The position numbers were made by a program, and so were the translations under genes. Under the pieces are notes generated by a model. It ran no database searches, was not told the origin of the DNA, and saw only the letters and a list, made by a program, of their open reading frames with translations. DNA of 63,092 bases from a virus (Duplodnaviria > Caudoviricetes): positions 1 through 63,092 of IMG/VR virus record IMGVR_UViG_3300036852_000204; one strand, written 5' to 3'. Below are positions 55,167-63,092 of the stretch, piece after piece. Position 1 is the stretch's first letter; every line of letters starts with the position of its first letter.

Positions 55167-58100
55167 GCAAGCTTTTTGATCCCCTCCGCAATCGAGGTGA
55201 GCGCATCTGCGATGACCTCAACGGGCACCTCGTCTGCGATGCGCTGCGCGTATCCGTGCATCTGCGTGGCCTTCCCCTAGACTGCGCCGATGGCGCGAAG
55301 CGCAGCATACCCACCTAGCGCATACAGCGCTCCAGATGTGAGCATGCGAAGCGCCCACCCGACGACCCAACCAGCGAACGTCCTCGTCGCGGCAATGGTG
55401 TATTCTGCGTCGGTCGTCATCTTGCCCGGCCTCATCTTTGACGGTTGATCTGCGCGCGGAGCGCGGCGTTTTCTTCTCTCAGCTTGAGCGTCTCGCGGAT
55501 GAACTCAACAACTAAATCCGCCAGTTGCTCCACGCATCCCTGCGAGACACGTGCGCGGTCACTCTTGGGCATGGCCGGCCATCTGGTTGAAAGGGTTTTC
55601 GGAAACCTTGAAGTGCCGTTGCGCACCGAGCGGCAAGTTGAACACATCATCGGCAACGGTCGGTTTGCCGTGCGCCATCGCGAACAGCACCGGAACCGCC
55701 GTTGCCAATTCGTAGGCCGTGATGTCCTCCAGGGGCACCCACTGCACGAGTTTGGGGAAATGAAGCTGCGCTGTGCCTGACATCGGGGCGGCCTTTCAGT
55801 TGCTCTTGAGCGCCATCCACTGGCGCGGCTTAAACGGTCCATAGTTTCCGTGTAGAAAGTATTCGCCGTGGCCGCGCCCTGGCATGAGAACGCGCCAGCC
55901 AGTTTCGCGGGCGACCTCCACCGTCTCCCATGTGGAGAGTTGCCACCACTTCCTTTCGACTTGCCGCGTCTCTTTGTGCGGCACATCGCTTACCCATGCC
56001 ATCATGACCGGCCAGCCGTCGAAGTCGCCGAGAACAATCTCGCCGGTCGTTGGTGCTGTCTCCATCGACTGCCAGCACATAGGGCGGCCCCTTCTAGGCT
56101 TCAGCGGTCAGTTCACGGAGTGCCTTACGACCCTCCGTCGTGATCATGTAGCAATCGTCGCCTCGGTAGACGGCCCAGCCCTTGCCGACGCAGTACCCCA
56201 TCCCGAGCCAGATAGTGCGCCCATCATCGAGCGCAGACAGCTTCACTTCTCGATCGGTGCTAGCCAGCCGCTTGAGAGCATCGATCTTCGCGTTCTCTAG
56301 TCGCATGCTGGCGGCCTTTCCGTTCACTCAAGCGGGTGAGTGACTTCGTGAAAATTGTTGATGCAGTCGAGGCCAAGCACGCAGTACCCGTCCTTTAGCC
56401 CAAAGTCTCCGTCTGCCGCCATGAGCTTGTGGCACACGCGCGCCCTGACATAGCGACCCGAGAAAGCGTGAGTCTTCGGATCATATTCACGGAGCATCAG
56501 CAGGTCGTCCACCTGATAGTCGCGGTCGTTCTTGCGAACCTCGTATTGCTTGATGCCGCCAGCAACATCGCGGAATGGCGCGGGCCACGTCTTCAGGTGG
56601 TGGATGTTCCTCACTGTCGGCCTTTACGTTGTCGGTTTCGGTAGGCTGCAATAGCCCTTGAGTGAGGCGTTCATTAGCGGCTCGCGGACTAAGTTAAAAA
56701 CGACCTCGGAGTGGTCAAGCCCCCAGATGCCGGTTGCCTTGAGCTGATCGATCATCGCCCACACCTGCGACGGCAGATTGACCTCTCGCACGTCACCGTC
56801 TACCGGCTCCTGTGTCTCTGGTTCGCGTGGCTTGTGCTCAAAGCCGCCGTAGGTCGTTGCCATGGTCCCGGCCCTTTATTGGTTGTGATCGGTGGCCTGC
56901 GCAATGGCTTGGCGCATCTGCTCGCGCAGGGCGTCGTATCGGGCCTCGCATCTGCTCGCCATCTCGCGTTCCATCGCCTCAAGCGCCAACAGCATCGCAG
57001 GCGCGGCGGCGGCTAGTCGTGAGCCGTGCCCGCTGTCGAGATTGAACTTGGCGAGGCAGGCGCCCATGTTGTCGTAGAGATACCAACGGCCCGCGTCCGG
57101 CTTCGCCTTCCAAGGGAAGTGGCTGCGCATCATGGCCAGCATCTTCTCGTGCCAGATTTGCCCATCCGTCTTGCCTGCGTCTTCCGGTTTGCGCGGCGGC
57201 GTGTTGTCGATGTGCAGAACGCTCATGGTTCCGGCCTTTCGTTTGATCTAAAACTCGCTGAACCCGCGCCACGTTAGCGCTTGCACATCGTCCGTATTGT
57301 GCTCAACGGCGAGCTTGAGCGCCTGATCGCGCGTTACCTTCCCCGCCTTCTTTGCGCCGCATCAAGCGCGGCGCAAAGAAGGCCTGCGCTTGCTCTAGCG
57401 TGATTTCGCCGGAGTGGACGCGAGCCATGAGGGCCTTGCGAACCTCCATCGAGTCTGCGACGGCGCCACGCGCCTCTGCTTGCTTCAGCGCCTCGCGCCG
57501 CAAGCGCCAGCGGTCATATCGGTTGTTCGGCATGCTCTGGGCCTCATCTTTGCTTTAGAGCTTGGCTGATGTTCCACTGATTTTTGAACAGGCGGTCAGC
57601 CCACGTCCCATCAGTAGGAACGAACCCCCGCAGGGCGCCTTCTGAGATCAGTTTGTGGGTGGCGTCGAGGACGCTGCGCAACTTGTTGATCTCGTCCGCA
57701 GCGCCGCCAAGAGCAACGCTCAGGTCCGCGCACTCGCCTTGTGAGATTTCGCGCGTTGTTGGCGTCTTGCCAAGCTCGACGCACGGGCGGTTGCCGTAGA
57801 ACTCCGCCATCTCGCGAAGTTGCTTCGGGTCTCTGATTTGGAACTCGCTGTCGGGGTCTGACATGGCGGCCTCAATTTGACAAAAAGTCTTTGATCTTAG
57901 TTTCGTACTCAATGAGATACCAATCTAGCAGTTCGGCCATTACGCGGCGCGTCTCTGGCGAGTGAGCAGAACCGAGCTTTCCTGGTCCGGGTTTCTCCCT
58001 CAGCGCGTCCCGCTGCTGACGCATCATGGCAAACATATCGGTCACGCCTTCGCGCAGTTCAACCAGATCAAGCTCGTTCGCAAGCGTGGCCTCATCTATG

Positions 58101-58891
58101 TGCGTTTGCTTCGGCATCTTGCCCGGCCTCTACGTTGACGTTTCGGGGATGACGGAAAAGCCCGTTCGCCTGGGCTTACCGTCCGTGTAGATACGTTTGG
58201 CGCTGATGCGCACGATGCGCGGGCCGCGCTGACACACGAGCGGGTCCACATCGCCGTGGATGACCTCGACAACAGTGCCTTCCGGCACTCGTGGGTCATT
58301 GTCTTTGAGCTTGGTTCCCGACTTCAGCATTGTGTCCGGCCTCAATTTGGTGTTTCGGGGAACGCTTCTGGGATGATCTTTTGCCACTCTTCCTCGGGGT
58401 TGTGCCCGCGCTCAAGAAACTCTGGGCGCTCAATGTCCCGCACATACTCAATCAAGCCGTGCGGGTCAGTGTCCCCATCTACGATGATGCGCTCGATATC
58501 GCGAAGCCAGTTTGTTGGGCATGAGTTTTCGTCCACCATGAACTCCCCCACTTCGGACTCCGGGTGAACTCGCGGAACGACAAAATAGACCGGCTTGTCC
58601 TGGGGTGGCAGGCAGACGATCGTGTACCCTTCATGCTTCGCCACGGTCGCGGCCTTTCTCTTCTCAGAGCACATCTTGGCTTGAGCGGCACTCTACAGCG
58701 ATAACGTCCGGGCTGCCTTTGCCCCATGTCTCAAGGCGTGCCGCCACCAGTTCAGGGCGGCCGACGCACGATGCGATCTTCCACGTCTCGCCCCGCTTGT
58801 GCAGGATTGCGTGGGTGTATTGGCGGGCCGCGCTGGTGCGGTGGAGGGCCTTGCCGTCCGGTGCCACGAAGGTGAAGATTTGTTTTGCCAT
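55100..58891 (-). other. Leftward array of about 13 small ORFs
   Basis: e.g. 55559-55783, 55796-56080 (DUF551-like), 56094-56306, 56624-56863, 56876-57226, 57303-57533, 57544-57864, 57872-58117, 58130-58387, 58342-58674, 58664-58891. Confidence 0.7.
56324..56614 (-). CDS. DUF3850/ASCH-domain protein
   Basis: HHLKTWP..F.....GIKQYEVRKNDRDYQVDD.LMLREYDP. Confidence 0.85.
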   Translation of the reverse strand: MRNIHHLKTWPAPFRDVAGGIKQYEVRKNDRDYQVDDLLMLREYDPKTHAFSGRYVRARVCHKLMAADGDFGLKDGYCVLGLDCINNFHEVTHPLE

Positions 58892-58950
58892 GACCAATAT
58901 GTAGCACACGTCTCTTGACTTTACAATACCTGTCGTGTAGATTTTCGGAA
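58892..58950. promoter_or_regulatory. Overlapping divergent sigma70-type promoters, probably leaderless transcripts
   Basis: Plus TTGACT-N17-TAGATT 7 nt before ATG 58951; minus TTGTAA-N17-TACATA 6 nt before ATG 58891. Confidence 0.65.
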
Positions 58951-59571
58951 ATGAACACTGGAGACGTATTTGTCATTGTTCGCGGCCATCGTTGGATGTC
59001 GGCCGACAAGCAGGCCGACGCCATGCGGGAGCCCAAACCCAAGGCGGTCTGGTCGCTCGACGGTGGTAAAAAGCTGCCGGCATGCACGCTCCGCGATCTT
59101 GAGAAGTGGGCGACGCCAGGTCGAGTGTTCCGCGTCTATCACCTGTTTCTGCTGGCCGACCCGGCGAAGCGTACTCCGCTCATGGTCGAGCGGCTTCTAG
59201 CTCTGGTGCACAAACTTGTGGATAGGCGCGGCGTTGTGATCGAGGACGCATTCTGCGGGCTAAGTACCGCGCACAAAGGGCAAAAGAGCGCGATGCTAGC
59301 GCTGGCGAAAGAAATGATTGCGCGCAGTTGCAAGGGCGCCCGGTCGGCCGTGAACGGCAAAAAGAGCAAGGGCCGCCCGCTCGCGTTCTCGGCCGCGCAG
59401 ATTGATATTGTCGAGGCCGAATGGTTCAACGCGCGGCACGCCACGAACGAAGCAGCGCTGAAGGCGATGGCCAAGCAAGGCGTCAAGATCAGCGAGACAC
59501 AGGCATGGCGCGAGATGGAAAAGCGCCGAGGTAGAGGCAAGGGCGGCAGCGGCCGACCCTATCAACGCTAG
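58951..59571 (+). CDS. Degenerate resolvase/invertase-fold protein with GRP-HTH C-terminus
   Basis: R....SADKQADAM, PGRVFRVYHLFLLA, RGVVIED, GRP...HTH; no catalytic RVS or DRL. Confidence 0.55.
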   Translation: MNTGDVFVIVRGHRWMSADKQADAMREPKPKAVWSLDGGKKLPACTLRDLEKWATPGRVFRVYHLFLLADPAKRTPLMVERLLALVHKLVDRRGVVIEDAFCGLSTAHKGQKSAMLALAKEMIARSCKGARSAVNGKKSKGRPLAFSAAQIDIVEAEWFNARHATNEAALKAMAKQGVKISETQAWREMEKRRGRGKGGSGRPYQR

Positions 59572-59578
59572 GAGGCGT

Positions 59579-62500
59579 GTGGATAACGTCGTGAAGATCA
59601 AGCGCAAGGTCCGCCCGCTGCGGGCTACATATCAGCCAGACGCGCCTTATGTGGTGGAACGGGAAGATCAGGACGACGGATCGATCCGCTACATGGTGTT
59701 CGATCACCGGCCGGACACGTACCGTTTTGTATGCAGCACGAATGACGATTGTGGCGCCGACCCGAGCGCAAAGCACGATGCAGAACAGATTGCGCGCGGT
59801 CTAAACCTGCTGGTGCAGCACGGCCTAGAGAAAGCGCCACTGATTGTTGACTTGCCTAATCAGGAAGAATGAAGAGGAGCGGTTGTGCGCGTTGACATCA
59901 ACGATACGATCATCGCGGATCAGGGGCGTCAGCTACGTCGCGCCCGCCAGACGCTGCAGCGCATACTGCAGTTTGCGGACGACGCGACGCTCACGACGGA
60001 AAAGGCAGTTGAGAAGATCGCCGCCCTATGTCGTGAGCGACTTGAAGACTTGGAAAAGTAGGATCTGAAATGCAGGTGCGCCGGAGAGACATTAAACCGG
60101 GGGCCGTGATCCAACAGGCCGGGACCAATCACGTGCGCATCGTGCGCTCCATAGAGTATGGCCGGGCTACGTTCTTTGACAGCCTCTTTGGCGAAGGCGA
60201 GTGCCTGTGTACGTCGATGGTCGCGTGGGCCAACTGGCCGCTTAAACGAGAGCGCATCAAGAAGATAGTCCGTGAACAGAAGCAATAAACGAACGGAGCG
60301 GATGGTGGTCAACATTGCGCAGGGGATGCCTGGCATCGTTGCTGACATTCTCGCGGAGGCCAGGCGCCCCATGACTATCAAAGAGATCGCCACGGAGGTT
60401 GACCGTCTCGGTCGGACGCATGCGAGGTACACATCGTACAAAGCTGCGATTGGCGCGCTGCAGAAGCGGAAGAAGAAAGTGGGCGATGTGCGTGTCGTGT
60501 CGCCGGGTGTTTGGGAAACAGCGAAGCCGTAAAGGAGGCGCACATGATCAACACCGAAGAGATGGACCGGGAGCTGTTGGCAGCCGGCCACATCACGAAA
60601 GAGCAATTCGAAGCGAACCAGATGGCACGCGCTCGGCAGGCGGAATACTCGGCCATGATCGCGATGCTGGCGTATGGACGAACGTGGCGCACACGCTAAC
60701 GGTCAGGAATTTATCAGGTACGCGCTTTCGCCAGACGGCCTCCGCGCCCTGGCCGAAGCGCTGCAATAATAGGGAGAGGCGCGTGGACGATATCAGGATG
60801 GAAGTCATCTACGGTCACAAGATCATAGAGCCGAAGTTTCACGCCCGGCTTACCTATGTTGAGCCGACGCGGTGGCAGCGGTTCAGGTGGTTCGTCAGTC
60901 GCAATTGGTACGTGCCGATCTGCATGGCGGTGGCGGTATTCGTCGGTATGCACGCGCCGGGCCTACTGGCTATCGGAGTGGCTTCATTCGTCACATCGTT
61001 TCTTCTTGTCACCCTGTTTGGACGGTTACTGAAATAGGAGGGAGACCGTGGCCAATACGATCCGATGGCTGATGGCGTGGTCCTGCTATTGGGTTGGCCA
61101 CTGCGTTTGGAAAGTCGGGGACATGATTCTCGGAAAGCACATGCCGGGAGGGTGGTATCGCATCTACAGCACGTGCATGGTGTGGTCTGACTACTGGCAG
61201 GGCGACACGACGCACGGGCCGTGGAAAGCGGTCGAAGGCGATAGCTGAAAAGGAGGCACAGCGTGCCGGAAACTTGGGGCAACTACGACGTGACCTACTC
61301 GCTTGACGGCAAGCAATGGGCGTTGCCCGTGCGTGCCACGAGTGCCGAGGATGCGATGCGCCGCGTTCGGCGTGCGGCGGCCTTCGGGAAGGCAGATGGG
61401 CCGTGGAGCCGACCAATCGCGGCGTGGCACGGCTGGCTGTGGGTTCCTCTCTATGTGTGGTGGCGCAATGCCCGTACTTAGGCCACGCATCGACATGAGC
61501 CGCTTTACCAAGACGCGCTTTCTGGCCATCGCCAAGAGCCGCAGCAAGCGCCATCAGTTCGTGGACGACTACACGGGAGCGAACCTAGCCGCGCAACTGC
61601 GAGCCTTGCGCGAGGATCGCGGTCTATCGCAGCACGAGATGGCGAAGCTAAGCGGCATAGCCCAGCCGACCATCAGCGAGTGCGAGACGCCCGAGCGGTG
61701 TAGCCATGTGACCATCGCTACGCTTCTGCGGTTCGCGGCGTTCTTTGACGTGGCACTGATCATCCGGTTTGTCGGCTGGCCAACCTTCGTGGCTCTACTG
61801 CCGGATGGAAACGTCGTTGATGTGCCGCCAGCGTTCGCAGGCGATTTGCCGAAGTTGGCATAAAACGAAGGGAGGAGTGGCAGTGCAGAGCCTCGTGGAT
61901 GCCATCGCCGCGCTGGAGAAGGACGACCGCTTTCCCAAGCACGTTCGCGATGAAGCAATCTGGGCGCTGCGCAAGGTGATTGAGGAAGCCGACCGGCGTC
62001 CAGTTTACGTCAAGACCGAGGATGCCGCAGACCTCATGAAGGAACTTGCTACTGCGCCCGAGTGCGGCCCGGTGGCGCGCGTGCTGAGTAAATTGATCGC
62101 CCTTCTGGGCGGCGTGAAGCTCAAATAAACGGAGCATCGCAGTGGATGATGATAGTCGCCTCTATCGGGCACTTAGGGCTGGGACGAGCCAGCCGGGCGA
62201 CATCGAGCGCGTCGTTCAGTGTCTACGAGATGCAGGCTTCGCGATCACCCGCAATCCAGACCCGAACGAAGAGGTGATATGGGCCACCTCAATGACCGGG
62301 GACGACTTTCGGTGCGTTCACGCTGACGACTGGCGCATTGCGCAGGTACGCATCGCCGAGCTTGAAGCGGCGCTGCGCAAGATTGTAGAGCACAGCAAAA
62401 TGACGCCGCCCGATTGGATGTACGCGTCCATCGAGGAAGCGGCGAAGATGGTCAAGAAATAGGAGGCGATGATGTCCGAAGCACACATGGTGACGATGGA

Positions 62501-63092
62501 TGACCTGCACGAAGAAATGCGTGGAGGTCATCACTGGCGCGGCGAGGCAAAGCGGTATGAGGCGTTGTGGCGTAGTGCGCTCAGCAAGCAGGCCATGTGC
62601 TCCGACCACGTGAAGGGTGATGTTGAAATCACCTACACCTGGGATGACGGAAAGCAGGACACTCGAAAGATGCATAGCGACGAAGCCGAGCGTCTGCTCA
62701 GCCAGATTGCGCACGCTGCAGTGTTCCACGGCAGAACACGCGATGTCGCTACCGTCACGTTGACGGTGCGGCGCGCTGTCAAATAACGGAGCCACAGATG
62801 TTGCAACCCGAGACGACACTTTTGATCGGACTGTTCGCAGGCGGCATCGTTGGGTACGCGCTCGGCTTTCTGCTGGCGCGTGCAATCTATCGCAGGGATT
62901 GCGCAGCGCTGTAGTTACCTCATCCCACCTTGGTGGGATGTCGCTATCCGTGAGGACGCGACCCAGCGCTGCGCAACTGAATTGGGAGTAGAGGACCATG
63001 AGCGGCAACATCACGATCAACGTGTCGGATAACGTAGTTGGCATCAGCGAAACTGCCTGCGAGATCGACCGCATGGCCAATGATATCGTGCC
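59579..63092 (+). other. Rightward array of small ORFs continuing across the junction
   Basis: 59579-59872, 60070-60288, 60272-60532, 60545-60699, 61048-61248, 61263-61481, 62142-62462, 62469-62786, 62998->106; many with GGAGG RBS. Confidence 0.7.
61468..61863 (+). CDS. XRE-family HTH regulator
   Basis: QLRALREDRGLSQHEMAKLSGIAQPTISECE...TIATLLRFAAFFDV. Confidence 0.85.
   Translation: MPVLRPRIDMSRFTKTRFLAIAKSRSKRHQFVDDYTGANLAAQLRALREDRGLSQHEMAKLSGIAQPTISECETPERCSHVTIATLLRFAAFFDVALIIRFVGWPTFVALLPDGNVVDVPPAFAGDLPKLA

Larger units (their letters stand above)
1..63092. mobile_element. Complete temperate phage genome (podovirus-like virion module, lambdoid control region), apparently in circular attP form
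   Basis: Integrase, immunity, replication, terminase, portal, capsid, tail and lysis modules present; no host housekeeping genes; ends join in frame via CGTGCC. Confidence 0.92.

Overview
The window is almost certainly one complete, circular temperate phage genome of an alphaproteobacterial host, probably Hyphomicrobiales (inferred from the GcrA, Omp25-type and MmgR-like elements). Both ends share CGTGCC, an ORF reads in frame across the junction, and an intact attP (3' half of tRNA-His, arm-type repeats, IHF box) lies beside a tyrosine integrase. Gene order: int/xis; leftward early operon (RecT, Gp157, HNH, DUF551-like genes); lambdoid immunity switch with a frameshifted cI; GcrA; iteron-containing initiator and primase-helicase; SNF2 helicase and DNA methyltransferase; OMP; NusG paralog; two IS1595-family insertions; podovirus-like virion genes with an embedded methyltransferase/Maf-like/glycosyltransferase pair; lysis genes; two divergent arrays of small ORFs. 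The main unexplained signal is a ~50-bp tripartite motif (GCCGGGGTGACTWTYTC-N8/9-GKCA-N11/12-GCCTTGAA) in 7 copies. Two inverted pairs of it each bracket one small promoterless gene at gene boundaries, suggesting a possibly undescribed gene-cassette system. Other highlights: a candidate virion glycosylation locus, a phage-borne MmgR/suhB-like sRNA upstream of gcrA, and CTG/ATT start codons on tail genes. Protein calls come from motif recognition by eye; no database searches were run.
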